Positions 1-9,878 of a DNA stretch of 64,000 nucleotides are shown in pieces (the stretch's first letter is position 1; the number at the start of each line of letters is the position of its first letter). The position numbers and the translations under genes were made by a program. The stretch is from Clostridia bacterium (GTDB lineage: Bacteria; Bacillota; Clostridia; UBA1212; DUPL01), in contig JBMNIW010000001.1 in assembly GCA_050951325.1 (NCBI GenBank), positions 320,001-384,000 of the forward strand, read 5' to 3'. The notes beneath the pieces are model-generated. The model was not told the DNA's origin, did no database searches, and saw nothing but the letters and a program-made list of their open reading frames with translations.

Positions 1-160
1 CATTAAGCTTGAAATTATTGCTGTTGAAATCAGCTCTCGTCTCCTTGGATATACCCAAAAACACATTTCCCGTTGCCTTGCACCTGTAAGATATTACACC
101 CATCTCAGGTTTCCTGTTTTTATACATCTCAATCAATTCTTTTCTTCTTCCTTTATCCAT
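1..160 (-). CDS. GIY-YIG-like family protein, N-terminal part (runs off window edge)
   Basis: Manual translation MDKGRRKELIEMYKNRKPEMGVISYRCKATGNVFLGISK...; GAGGTG SD upstream of ATG at 160; resembles small clostridial GIY-YIG-like proteins. Confidence 0.5.
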   Translation of the reverse strand, partial: MDKGRRKELIEMYKNRKPEMGVISYRCKATGNVFLGISKETRADFNSNNFKLN

Positions 161-176
161 ATCATCACCTCATAGT

Positions 177-1097
177 TTACTTAATCAATCTTCCCGTACT
201 AATTCCCTCAAGCACATCAACATTTTTGTAATGGTCAACTATTCCTATCAAATTCTTCATTTCTTCAGTCATGACCTTGTTCTTATGATACACAACACTA
301 AAGAACCTGTCCCAGCCTTTATCCTCGTTTGTTATAACATGTATTTGACCGTTCTTTACCTCCTCTTCCACAAGCCTTACAGAAATAACTGCAAGAAACC
401 CATTTTCAATAACGGATTTCTTGATGGCATCGGAACTGTTTCCTTCCAGTGCAATTCTAATAGGCATTCCTTTTTCCTGCATGTATCTTTCAAACAATTC
501 CCTGGTTCCGCTTCCCTCTTCCCTCATTGCAAAACTTTCGCTCTTCAGCTCTTCAAGCTTTACCATATTCCTCTTTGCAAAAGGATGCTTTGTACTGCAA
601 ATGAGGACGAGAAAGTCATTTAGTTCAGGAATTGAAATCAAATCAGGACTTTTTACACTCCCCTCCACTATACCTATATCCAATTCAGACCTTAAAAGCT
701 TTTCTTCTATATTCTTTGTATTGCTTACGTAAGAATATATCTCGGTATTGGGGTTGATTTCTCTTAAAGCATTTATGACATCCCCAAGGAGGCAGTCACC
801 TACAGTGTGCGTTGCCCCAATCCTTATTCTTTTTAAATATGCATCCTGGAGCATGGCTTCTTCCATGTCGTCAAACATCTTTACCACATTCCTTGCATAA
901 GAAAGAAGCTTTTCACCCATTTCGGTAATGTAAAGCTTTTTAGACAGCCTCTCAAACAATAGACCGCCATAATGTTCCTCCAGCTCTTTTATGGCCTGGC
1001 TTACTGTCGGCTGGGAGATATATAGATTTTCTGCAGCTGTACTCATTTTGCCGCTGTCCACAACCTCAATAAAAATCTTTAAATGCCTGATTGTCAT
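177..1097 (-). CDS. LysR family transcriptional regulator (CysL-like)
   Basis: N-terminal HTH (MTIRHLKIF...AAENLYISQPTVSQAIKELE), LysR substrate domain with REEGSGTR; divergent from reductase operon. Confidence 0.93.
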   Translation of the reverse strand: MTIRHLKIFIEVVDSGKMSTAAENLYISQPTVSQAIKELEEHYGGLLFERLSKKLYITEMGEKLLSYARNVVKMFDDMEEAMLQDAYLKRIRIGATHTVGDCLLGDVINALREINPNTEIYSYVSNTKNIEEKLLRSELDIGIVEGSVKSPDLISIPELNDFLVLICSTKHPFAKRNMVKLEELKSESFAMREEGSGTRELFERYMQEKGMPIRIALEGNSSDAIKKSVIENGFLAVISVRLVEEEVKNGQIHVITNEDKGWDRFFSVVYHKNKVMTEEMKNLIGIVDHYKNVDVLEGISTGRLIK

Positions 1098-1120
1098 AAC
1101 ATCACCTTTTTTCAACATCT

Positions 1121-1157
1121 ATAGGTTTTACCTATGACTTTAATCAGATAATATCAT
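1121..1157 (+). promoter_or_regulatory. LysR box: palindrome ATAGGTTTTACCTAT + 7 nt + secondary site ATCAGATAATATCAT
   Basis: T-N11-A inverted repeat in the lysR/reductase intergenic region; identical 15-mer recurs at 6673-6687. Confidence 0.75.
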
Positions 1158-1228
1158 TTTATTATTAATCTCACAAGTGATATATTTAAATAGAAGATAA
1201 ATTCATTCTAAACAAAGAGGTGCATTTA

Positions 1229-2851
1229 ATGAAAGTGCTTATAATTGGAGGAGTTGCCGCAGGCACCAAGGTCGCTGCAAAACTGAAACGTGATAATTTC
1301 GAGCTCGACGTCACAATACTGACAAAAAGTAAAGATATATCCTACGCAGGATGTGGTCTTCCATACTACGTTGGAAACGTAATTCAGGAAGCAAACAAGC
1401 TAATCGTAAACACACCCGATAGTTTTCATAAACTTACAGGAGTTAATGTACTTGTCGAAACGGAAGTAACACAAGTAAATCCTGAAGAAAAATACGTGGA
1501 AGCCATTTGTTTGAAAACACAGGAAAAGATGCGCTGCGAGTACGACAAACTGGTAATAGCTTCGGGAGCTGAAGCTGTAAGACCAAACATCGAAGGAGCA
1601 GATCTTGATAACGTATTCTTTATGAGAACTCCCGAGGACGCATATGTGCTGAGAGATGCCATTGAAACAGGAAACATCAAAAGGGCGGTAATAGTCGGCG
1701 GAGGATATGTAGGCCTTGAGATTGCAGAAAACCTGAATTCACAAGGGGTTAGAGCTGTGGTTATTGACATGGCAAAACACATCCTGCCAGGCTTTGATGA
1801 TGAAATTTCAGAGTATGTAGAAAACCACCTTGCAGAACAAGGTATTCCAATCCTCACAGAAACAAGACTTGAAGCCATACTAGGTGATGGAAAAGTAGAA
1901 AAGATTAAAACGGACAGAAGAGCCATGAAGGCAGACGCTGTCATTCTCTGCGTTGGCATAAAAGCAAATACTGAGTATCTGAAAGATTCAGACATTGATT
2001 TAATGCCCAACAAGACAGTGAAAGTAAATGAGTATCTGGAAACAAACGTAAAAGATATTTATGCAGTAGGCGACTGCGCCACAGTAATAAACAGGGTAAC
2101 AAACAAACCTTATTGGTCGCCCATGGGTTCTACTGCAAACATTGCAGGCCGCATCGCTGCCAAAAACATTGCTGGAAAGAAAAAAGCATATCCAGGAGTA
2201 TTGGGTACTTCTGTTGTGAAGCTGCCAGAGCTTAATGCCGGAAGAACAGGACTGACAGAAAAAGAAGCAAATGAAAATGGATACAATGCAGAAAGTGTTG
2301 TAACTGTTGTGGATGACAAAGCCCACTACTATCCTGACGCTTCATCCTTTATTGTAAAGATGATAGCAGACAAGGATACGAAGAAATTATTGGGACTGCA
2401 GGTTTTGGGTAAAGGACAGGTTGACAAGATGGTTGATATTGCGGTAGCTGCAATAACCATGGGAGCAACCCTTGAGGATGTTGAGAACATGGATCTGGCA
2501 TATGCACCTCCTTTCTCAACAGCAATACATCCTTTCTCTCACACTGTAAACATACTTTTAAATAAATTGAATGGAGAATTTGAAACTGTCACACCTGCAG
2601 ATTTTTCTAAAGAAAAGGCGGAAGGATTTAAGTTAATCGACGCATCCTTAAGTCCAAGTATCGATGGCGCACAGTACTTGGATTTGGCAAAGATAAAAGG
2701 AGAAGTGGATGGTCTTGGACGAGATGAAAAACTTCTTCTGGTATGTGCAAAAGGGAAAAGAGCATACATGCTTCAAAAGAGACTCAAACATTTTGGATAT
2801 ACAAACACAAAAGTGCTTGAAGGCGGAACAACATTTAATGATTTGGAATAA
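1229..2851 (+). CDS. CoA-disulfide/persulfide reductase (FAD-dependent pyridine nucleotide-disulfide oxidoreductase) with C-terminal rhodanese domain
   Basis: GGVAAG FAD motif, SYAGCGLPY redox Cys, GGGYVGLE NAD(P)H motif, YAPPFS, C-terminal CAKGKRA...LEGG rhodanese. Confidence 0.9.
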   Translation: MKVLIIGGVAAGTKVAAKLKRDNFELDVTILTKSKDISYAGCGLPYYVGNVIQEANKLIVNTPDSFHKLTGVNVLVETEVTQVNPEEKYVEAICLKTQEKMRCEYDKLVIASGAEAVRPNIEGADLDNVFFMRTPEDAYVLRDAIETGNIKRAVIVGGGYVGLEIAENLNSQGVRAVVIDMAKHILPGFDDEISEYVENHLAEQGIPILTETRLEAILGDGKVEKIKTDRRAMKADAVILCVGIKANTEYLKDSDIDLMPNKTVKVNEYLETNVKDIYAVGDCATVINRVTNKPYWSPMGSTANIAGRIAAKNIAGKKKAYPGVLGTSVVKLPELNAGRTGLTEKEANENGYNAESVVTVVDDKAHYYPDASSFIVKMIADKDTKKLLGLQVLGKGQVDKMVDIAVAAITMGATLEDVENMDLAYAPPFSTAIHPFSHTVNILLNKLNGEFETVTPADFSKEKAEGFKLIDASLSPSIDGAQYLDLAKIKGEVDGLGRDEKLLLVCAKGKRAYMLQKRLKHFGYTNTKVLEGGTTFNDLE

Positions 2852-2872
2852 AATTATGGAGGTTTTAAGATT

Positions 2873-3823
2873 ATGGGATTAACAATAACTGCGGAAGATG
2901 AAAAAAGAGTAAAAGCTTTGGGATTTTTACGCAACAAAGGAACAAACAACTTTTCAGGAAGAATTATAACTGTAAACGGAAAAATAACTGCAGCTCAAAA
3001 CAAATGCATAGCTGAAGCTGCCGAATTGTACGGCAATGGAATAGTTACCTTTACCACAAGACTTACAGTGGAAGTACAAGGTATTCCTTATGATAAAATC
3101 GAAGACTTCAGAACGTACATTGCAAAAGAAAGTCTTGTAACTGGTGGTACTGGTTCAAAGGTAAGACCCATAGTGTCCTGCAAAGGCACCACCTGCCAGT
3201 ACGGACTTATTGACACTTTTGGATTGTCTGAAGAAATACACGAAAAATTCTACAACGGATATTCCAATGTAAGGCTTCCTCACAAGTTCAAGATAGGTGT
3301 AGGCGGTTGTCCCAACAACTGCATAAAGCCTGAATTAAACGACTTGGGCATCGTAGGACAGCTCATTCCTAACTTTGATGAAGACTTCTGCAACGGATGC
3401 AAGAAGTGCCCTGTGGAAGACGTATGTCCAATCAATGCTGCAAAGGTATCGGAGGGTATTCTCCACATTGACGAGAACGAATGCAACAACTGTGGACGCT
3501 GCGTTGAAAAATGTCCCTTTGACACTATTGAAGACGGTACTGTCGGCTACAAGGTGTACATAGGCGGAAGATGGGGAAAACGTGTTGCTCACGGAATACC
3601 TCTTGGAAAGATCTTTACAGACAAAGAAGAGGTTATGAGTGTAATTGAAAAAACCATACTTATATATAGAGAACAAGGCAAGACAGGAGAACGTCTGTCA
3701 GAAACCATCGAAAGACTTGGTTTTGAAAATGTGGAAGCTCAAATACTCTCCAATGAAATACTTGACAGAAAGCAGGAAATACTTGAAGCAAATCTGCATT
3801 TGACAGGCGGCGCTACCTGCTAA
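2873..3823 (+). CDS. Nitrite/sulfite reductase family protein (AsrC-like, siroheme + 4Fe-4S)
   Basis: SCKGTTC and GCPNNC siroheme/Fe-S ligands, LPHKFKI, two CxxCxxC...CP ferredoxin motifs. Confidence 0.88.
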   Translation: MGLTITAEDEKRVKALGFLRNKGTNNFSGRIITVNGKITAAQNKCIAEAAELYGNGIVTFTTRLTVEVQGIPYDKIEDFRTYIAKESLVTGGTGSKVRPIVSCKGTTCQYGLIDTFGLSEEIHEKFYNGYSNVRLPHKFKIGVGGCPNNCIKPELNDLGIVGQLIPNFDEDFCNGCKKCPVEDVCPINAAKVSEGILHIDENECNNCGRCVEKCPFDTIEDGTVGYKVYIGGRWGKRVAHGIPLGKIFTDKEEVMSVIEKTILIYREQGKTGERLSETIERLGFENVEAQILSNEILDRKQEILEANLHLTGGATC

Positions 3824-3833
3824 TAACCCCCTA

Positions 3834-3870
3834 AAAGAAAAACTTTCATCGCATGATGAAAGTTTTTTCT
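3834..3870. terminator. Bidirectional intrinsic terminator
   Basis: AAAAACTTTCATC-GCA-TGATGAAAGTTTTTT hairpin between convergent genes. Confidence 0.85.
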
Positions 3871-4635
3871 TTAGTTCAAACAGAAAACATACTGTATTTC
3901 ATTCTTTCCAACCATAACTTGAGAAGAAGTTATACCAAACACTTCGTCAATCAATTTGCTTTCAAAAACATTTTGAGGAGTGTCACAGCAAACTATCTTT
4001 CCTTCATGCATTAAACACACCTTGCCTGAATAAGTTAAAGCACTGTTAAGGTCATGCAAAACCATTACAACGGTTTTCCCCATATCCTTCAACTTCCTTA
4101 TCATTTCCAATATCTCCAGCTGGTGATTTATGTCCAAATACGTAGTCGGCTCATCCAAAAACACAATATCCGTATCCTGCGCAAGAACCATAGCCAGGTA
4201 CACCTTCTGCCTTTGGCCTCCTGAAAGTTCAAGCACATTCCTATCCGCTATATCGCAAAGACCCATTGTAAATATAGCTTCATTCACAATCTCTTTGTCC
4301 TTCTTCTGAGGCGTGCGTGAAAAACCAAGATAAGGGTATCTACCGTGCAGAACCAAATTGAACACAGTAATATTGGGAACTGTCCTAATCTGCGGGAGAA
4401 AGGACACTTTCTTTGCCAGTTCCTTTGGTGGTATTTCTGAAACATCCTCTCCATGAATACTTACCTTTCCGCTAAAAGGTTTTAGTACATTGGCAGCGGT
4501 TCTAAGCAAGGTAGTCTTTCCGCAGCCATTCTTCCCAATTATGCTGGTTATCGTTCCTTCTTCAAATTCAATATTAATATCCTTGACAACTGCTGTCTTT
4601 TCGTAGCCTGCAGTTACATTCTCAAGTCTAATCAT
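3871..4635 (-). CDS. Iron-chelate/cobalamin ABC transporter ATP-binding protein
   Basis: Walker A GKNGCGKT, LSGGQRQ signature, LDEPT, VLHDLN. Confidence 0.93.
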   Translation of the reverse strand: MIRLENVTAGYEKTAVVKDINIEFEEGTITSIIGKNGCGKTTLLRTAANVLKPFSGKVSIHGEDVSEIPPKELAKKVSFLPQIRTVPNITVFNLVLHGRYPYLGFSRTPQKKDKEIVNEAIFTMGLCDIADRNVLELSGGQRQKVYLAMVLAQDTDIVFLDEPTTYLDINHQLEILEMIRKLKDMGKTVVMVLHDLNSALTYSGKVCLMHEGKIVCCDTPQNVFESKLIDEVFGITSSQVMVGKNEIQYVFCLN

Positions 4636-5671
4636 AAAGCTGTCCTCTCCTGCGACTTATTAATAGATAGATAAAGAATGGCCCTCCCAAAAACGACATG
4701 ATAATTCCCACAGGAATCTCAAAAGGAGCAAAAAGAACCCTTGCCAAAAGATCACACAGCAATGTGAACAAACCACCCAGCAAAGCAGACACAGGTATCA
4801 GTATTCTGTTGTCATATCCAACAATTATTCTTGATACGTGGGGAACAATAAGTCCGACGAATCCCAAAAGACCTGCAAAACTTATGGCGCTGCCGGAAAG
4901 AAGAGCTGCCAGGATTAAAAACAAAAATCTGATTCTTGAAACTTTCATACCTAGTGACTTTGCACTTTCATCTCCCAGCGCCAATACATTCATGTCGTAA
5001 CTAAGTATCAAAGAGAGTATTAATGCAATAGCTATAAAAATTCCTGCAAAACCCAGCTTCTCCATTGTCACTCCTGACAAACCTCCAATTAAAAAAGCCG
5101 TCCTTTCTATGGAAACATCGGGTTTCAAAGCAAGGACTGTATCCGTTATCGCCCCTATAAAGCTGGATACCGCAACTCCTGACAGAACTATCGCCATTCT
5201 GGATGCACCTGTTTTCCTGGCTATGAAATATACCATCAAAACCGCCAAGAGAGCACCCAAAAAAGCGGCAATGGTTGTGTAATATATGCTGGCAGGAAAG
5301 AAGGCAGCTATCAAAACAGTAAACAGACCTGCACCGGAATTTACACCAATTATGCTGGGACTTGCAAGGGAGTTGTTCAAAACAGACTGGAGAATAGTTC
5401 CTGAAACAGCCAAGGCACAGCCTGCAAGAACTGCAGCCAGAGTCCTTGGTATTCTTACAAAACTTACAATCCTGTAGGTTTTGGAAGTTACATCTCCTTT
5501 ACGTATGGCTTCAATTATCTCAGAAATGGGTATTCTTGTAGATCCAATGCTTATGCTAAGCAAAATACCAGCAATTAATAAAACAACAAGGAGAGCTACA
5601 ACCATCAAGTTATAGCTCCTCTTGTTTTTACTCAAACTTTTCAGGGTAGAGAATTTTCGCAACGTATTCAT
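4628..5671 (-). CDS. FecCD/BtuC-type ABC permease
   Basis: RIPRTLAAVLAG, NSLASPSIIGVNSGA, GFVGLIVPH, EIPVG motifs; multiple TM segments. Confidence 0.92.
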   Translation of the reverse strand: MNTLRKFSTLKSLSKNKRSYNLMVVALLVVLLIAGILLSISIGSTRIPISEIIEAIRKGDVTSKTYRIVSFVRIPRTLAAVLAGCALAVSGTILQSVLNNSLASPSIIGVNSGAGLFTVLIAAFFPASIYYTTIAAFLGALLAVLMVYFIARKTGASRMAIVLSGVAVSSFIGAITDTVLALKPDVSIERTAFLIGGLSGVTMEKLGFAGIFIAIALILSLILSYDMNVLALGDESAKSLGMKVSRIRFLFLILAALLSGSAISFAGLLGFVGLIVPHVSRIIVGYDNRILIPVSALLGGLFTLLCDLLARVLFAPFEIPVGIIMSFLGGPFFIYLLISRRRGQLYD

Positions 5672-6587
5672 AGCTTTCACCCCATCTTGCATTTGGCTTG
5701 TAGTGGAACAAATCCTTTGGCAGCACAATGAATCTGTCATTCTTGACAGCTTGCAGCTCGCTCCAAGCAGGGTTCTTCTCCACCCTCTCCTTCAACGCCT
5801 TCAGCGCCTTTTCAGTATCACCCATGGTAACTACAAATATGTACTCAGGATCTTCCTGTATGATTACTTCCATACTTAAGTCTTCAAGGAGAGAATTGTG
5901 TTTCGAAGCAATGTTTACAGTACCAAGGTCGTTTAGAATTCTGCATGCGTTGTTGTCATCATTCTTTGCCTTTGCACCACTGGAGAACGCTCTGATAAAC
6001 AACATGTCAGGATTCTTTGTCTTGTCTATTTTGGCAAGTATGTCATCTATCTGTTTCTTTACATCAAGACCATTTTTCTTATACAACTCCTTGTCACCTG
6101 TTATGTCGGTGCATATGTCCAGCATGGAAAGATAGTCTTCAAAATGTTCCACTTTGAAGAATGCAAAAGGTATGTCTACCTTTTCAAGAATTACTGATAT
6201 ACTTACATGACTCTCTATATCCGGAGAAAGCAGTACAAAATCAGGAGAAACATCCAGTATTTCTTCCACATTGGGCTCTTTTATCGTGCCAACAATCCTG
6301 GTCCCCTCAGGCACATCCATACCCCTCTCGGTTATGACATCATTAGTTACACCAACAAGCTCGCCACCTGCAAGCATCCAGGTTTCAGCATAGGAACCAA
6401 CAAGAGAAACAACCCTTTGAGGCTTGTCTTTCAGATTGACAGTATTATCTAATGAGTCCGTGAAGGTATAGTAATATTCCACGTCTTCTTTTCCATTATT
6501 TGCCACGCACCCTGTAAGATATGCAATTGCCAGAAGTACAAAGAATAAAAGCCACACTGTTTTTACTTTTTTATTATCAACAACCAT
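5628..6587 (-). CDS. Class III (FecB/BtuF-like) substrate-binding lipoprotein
   Basis: Lipobox LTGC, PQRVVSL, EPNVEEI, WSELQAVKN motifs. Confidence 0.9.
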   Translation of the reverse strand: MVVDNKKVKTVWLLFFVLLAIAYLTGCVANNGKEDVEYYYTFTDSLDNTVNLKDKPQRVVSLVGSYAETWMLAGGELVGVTNDVITERGMDVPEGTRIVGTIKEPNVEEILDVSPDFVLLSPDIESHVSISVILEKVDIPFAFFKVEHFEDYLSMLDICTDITGDKELYKKNGLDVKKQIDDILAKIDKTKNPDMLFIRAFSSGAKAKNDDNNACRILNDLGTVNIASKHNSLLEDLSMEVIIQEDPEYIFVVTMGDTEKALKALKERVEKNPAWSELQAVKNDRFIVLPKDLFHYKPNARWGESYEYVAKILYPEKFE

Positions 6588-6650
6588 CCTATCATCCTTA
6601 ATATATTTTTCCTCTACAATAATCATATAACTTAACAAATGTATTGTAAA

Positions 6651-6687
6651 ATATGATTGTTTGATAGTTGTAATAGGTTTTACCTAT
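6651..6687 (-). promoter_or_regulatory. Second LysR box facing the ABC operon
   Basis: Same ATAGGTTTTACCTAT palindrome (6673-6687), then on the minus strand 7 nt and ATCAAACAATCATAT; TATGAT -10 at 6627-6622. Confidence 0.7.
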
Positions 6688-6922
6688 ATGTTTGTGATAG
6701 TATGGTTGTCTGTAAAGAAATATGCGAGGAGGTTTAAATGGAATTCTCATAACCATGATGCTGAAGAAAAGATCGATTGAGAAATAACGGTTTGGAGGAA
6801 ATGAGCACCGGAATTTGTCCCCGGTGCTATCAGAACTACAAACCTATTTTAAGACTTGTAGCAGACCTCGTTGTAGAGTCTGAAAAACTATGGCTGTCCA
6901 TATTGAATTAGAACAGCCATCC

Positions 6923-8014
6923 TCAATAACTTTTTGCCAGGAAATCAACAATATCCTTTGCTTTTGGAGGACATCCCTTTACACATTTGGCAAAACGCGA
7001 CGTGCATATACCTATACCTATTCCATCAAGCGTTTTGTCCTTAAACCCTTGTCCAATATATATTTTCTCCTCAAGTTTATTCAAAAGATTCTTGTCATCA
7101 AGCCTCTCCAGTGCATAAACAAGACTTCCGTAACACGCCGAGCAGGCACTGTCTTCAACAACATTTCGTACCAAATGCTGCACTCTTCTTGTTGGCCTAA
7201 ACTTTCTTTTGCCAGTATCCTTGTTCAGCTCAACAATATCCATATTTGCAAGATTTGTTGTACCTACACCAATATCCTCAGCCATACCAATATACGGAAT
7301 TTCACCAATATCAAAACCTAACAACTCAGCGGCATATGCATCAACAAGCACAGGGTCTTTTCCTGCAATGATTCTATTCATTTGAACAGGGTTTCCACCC
7401 TCTTCAAAGTTTAGATCTCCATTCATTCCGTCAACTATTACCAGGTTTTGCTTCAACATTTTGCTTAGATAAGCAATTGGCTTGTGCAAACCCATGGTAT
7501 GAAATCTTCTTTTCTCTGTGTTCGGTATGCACCCTTTCATATTCTTCAACGCACATGTAAGATTGGTTTGACAGTGTCCCTTAAGCACGGGAACATTTAT
7601 GAGATAATCAACATTTACGGCATAATTGCATATGTTAATCCTCACACCACCATACTCAAATTCCGAATAAGTATCCCTTTGCAGATCAATAAGCGGGACA
7701 TTATATTCCTTCGATATCTTTTCATATCCACAAACCTTGAACGCTTCACGGGTTCTGTCGCCTACCCAGGAACCTTCCATGATCACGATGTTCATATGTC
7801 CTTTTAATTGCAGGTATTCAATTAAGCCTTCCACTATTGCCGGTGTGGTTGTTGCGCCTGAACTTGACGGCTTTGCCAACACAAGATTCGGCTTGATTCC
7901 AACAAGAGCATCCCTTTCTATATCCTTTTCAGGCTGTACAACTTCAAGAAGTTCCATAATCATCCGCTTTGGATTATCGCCATAAATGATGCGCAGTGAA
8001 TTATTACCCATCAT
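6923..8014 (-). CDS. DUF362 domain Fe-S protein
   Basis: GIKPNLV, NVPVLKGH, ALKNMKG, DPVLVDA motifs; C-terminal CSAC and GCPP. Confidence 0.85.
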   Translation of the reverse strand: MMGNNSLRIIYGDNPKRMIMELLEVVQPEKDIERDALVGIKPNLVLAKPSSSGATTTPAIVEGLIEYLQLKGHMNIVIMEGSWVGDRTREAFKVCGYEKISKEYNVPLIDLQRDTYSEFEYGGVRINICNYAVNVDYLINVPVLKGHCQTNLTCALKNMKGCIPNTEKRRFHTMGLHKPIAYLSKMLKQNLVIVDGMNGDLNFEEGGNPVQMNRIIAGKDPVLVDAYAAELLGFDIGEIPYIGMAEDIGVGTTNLANMDIVELNKDTGKRKFRPTRRVQHLVRNVVEDSACSACYGSLVYALERLDDKNLLNKLEEKIYIGQGFKDKTLDGIGIGICTSRFAKCVKGCPPKAKDIVDFLAKSY

Positions 8015-8139
8015 GCATATCATCCTCCCCATATAGCTTACCTCAACACATCTCTTTCGTAAAGCAGGGGTAATTTGTTGAAATCCGCTGTGAATTAATT
8101 TATAATGTTGTTGTTAATAAATTCTACGGAGGTTTAAAA

Positions 8140-8331
8140 ATGGCTTGCAGCAATAGAATCAAATGTACTTGTACATATACGTCATGTTCACGTCATGGCA
8201 AATGCTGTGAATGTGTTGCTTATCACAGAAGAAGCGGCGAAGTTCCAGGATGTTTCTTTTCTGCATCCGGTGAAAGAACTTATGACAGGTCCATAGAGAA
8301 CCTGTACAGAGACTACAAGAAGAACGGATAA
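8140..8331 (+). CDS. Small Cys-rich protein (DUF6485-like)
   Basis: GGAGG SD; CTCTYTSCSRHGKCCECVAYH...PGCFF. Confidence 0.75.
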   Translation: MACSNRIKCTCTYTSCSRHGKCCECVAYHRRSGEVPGCFFSASGERTYDRSIENLYRDYKKNG

Positions 8332-8516
8332 TCTATTCAGCGAGATATACTTTGCAATATATGTTTTTTGATGCCTTAATAAACAAAAAGGCATCTTATT
8401 TTTCTTGCCGTTGCAACACATCTCCTAAATTACAACAATTGGAAGAGAAAAAATATGCAGAATATACAAGCCAAGGGTTGTATGGTTGTAAGGTACCTGA
8501 ATATTGTATTAGGCTT

Positions 8517-9299
8517 TTACCATTCAATTTGCTCAGGATAATTCGTACCCGCCATCCTTATATCACTCGGATGACAGTTGTACTCTCTGGCTGCTCTCGT
8601 TAACATCCTCTTTATTTCATAATGTTCGTCATCATTCCTGTAATCCGCTATTCGTCTTGCGAAGTAGTTGAAATTCTTAAGCCTATTATCCTTGGACATC
8701 CTAAGATACTTGATATTCAACAAATCTACGTACTGGTCAGATATGCCTTCTATATGTGTTCCTTCACTATTCATTAAAGACAGCCATCTGCTGAAGGTCC
8801 CAGGTGATACGGTTTCTTTGACACAGTTTACAAACTTGGCCTGGAAACTGCGGATGGTTGCAATAGTATCATCCCAGATAACCCTCCTATCCAGTATTCC
8901 TTTATGCAAAGAACCTGTCTTTGCCAGTTCCTTAATACGCAAATTCACAAGTTCATTCAAAGCCAGCATAACAAAAAACATCTCAGGATAAAGGTAATTG
9001 CAGCTGTAGTACACATTGGTTGATGGCACAATTATAGAATGCCTTTTCATGTTATAAACGCTCATTTTGTTATCTACAAGCTCCACCATGCGGTCTCCCT
9101 GATATGCATGCCTTATGTCATAGCAAAGCCCAAGAACCCTAATAGAGATACCAATGTATTTATGGTGTTTTTCTGAATACTCATTTATTGTTATTTCATG
9201 AAACGCTTCTACCAAGCTGTATAAATCATCGTAATCTCCGCTTATGGTAACGCCTGTCAGGTTTGGTGTGCTTTGTACTGAAATCATTGTTACATTCAA
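8517..9299 (-). CDS. Conserved hypothetical protein (DUF6904-like)
   Basis: 260-aa ORF; TPNLTGVTISGDYDDL and LCYDIRHAYQGDR resemble a Firmicutes family from memory. Confidence 0.6.
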   Translation of the reverse strand: MNVTMISVQSTPNLTGVTISGDYDDLYSLVEAFHEITINEYSEKHHKYIGISIRVLGLCYDIRHAYQGDRMVELVDNKMSVYNMKRHSIIVPSTNVYYSCNYLYPEMFFVMLALNELVNLRIKELAKTGSLHKGILDRRVIWDDTIATIRSFQAKFVNCVKETVSPGTFSRWLSLMNSEGTHIEGISDQYVDLLNIKYLRMSKDNRLKNFNYFARRIADYRNDDEHYEIKRMLTRAAREYNCHPSDIRMAGTNYPEQIEW

Positions 9300-9841
9300 T
9301 CCTTTAATCTGGTTTCTTTTCTTGCATCATTTGTAAGTACCGAGCAGAAGTGGAACCTTTATCAGCATGTTTATTGCTCATTTCATGCCATCAAGAACCA
9401 TTGTACTAGAATTCCGTATAAAATCAAGACTTTACAAAGCCTGAAACCTTTTCCTTTTGTCAAAGGTAAAGCGGAATGTAATCAGATTTGTAGGAGGTTT
9501 GAAGAAATCTGGATGAATTGAGCATTCCGATACCAAAATCTCCTTCAGCCAAAACTGACAGCACCATTGAAAGCCTAATTGGCAAATATGGACAGAGAAT
9601 TACGGATTTCTTGTCAAGAGATGGTGCTCCTCTTTCTGCTGAACTAAAGAAAATCCTGACAGTCAGAAAATTCATAAACATATACGGTCCATTGGGTACT
9701 GGAGTTTAAAGCATACCGAAGGAATATTACACATCAGAGGATCCAGCAGGCACAAGTCACTACCGAATATGACAGAGTGAGCCTGCTTGTATAAGGCAGC
9801 ATATACTAACACCGGTATTGAAAGACAATACAGTTAATCTG

Positions 9842-9874
9842 AAAACGCCTTCTATTTAAAGAAGGCGTTTTTTC
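9842..9874. terminator. Intrinsic terminator
   Basis: AAAACGCCTTCT-ATTTAA-AGAAGGCGTTTTTT. Confidence 0.85.
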
Positions 9875-9878
9875 ATAA

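Noticed and set aside
6727-6830. Strong SD + ATG GAA TTC TCA TAA followed by a hairpin, as a leader peptide
   Set aside because: Four codons and no downstream same-strand gene to attenuate; cannot be distinguished from a gene relic
9499-9772. Small plus-strand ORF 9518-9709
   Set aside because: The SD points to a TTG at 9499 that is out of frame and no family motif is recognisable; at best a degraded gene
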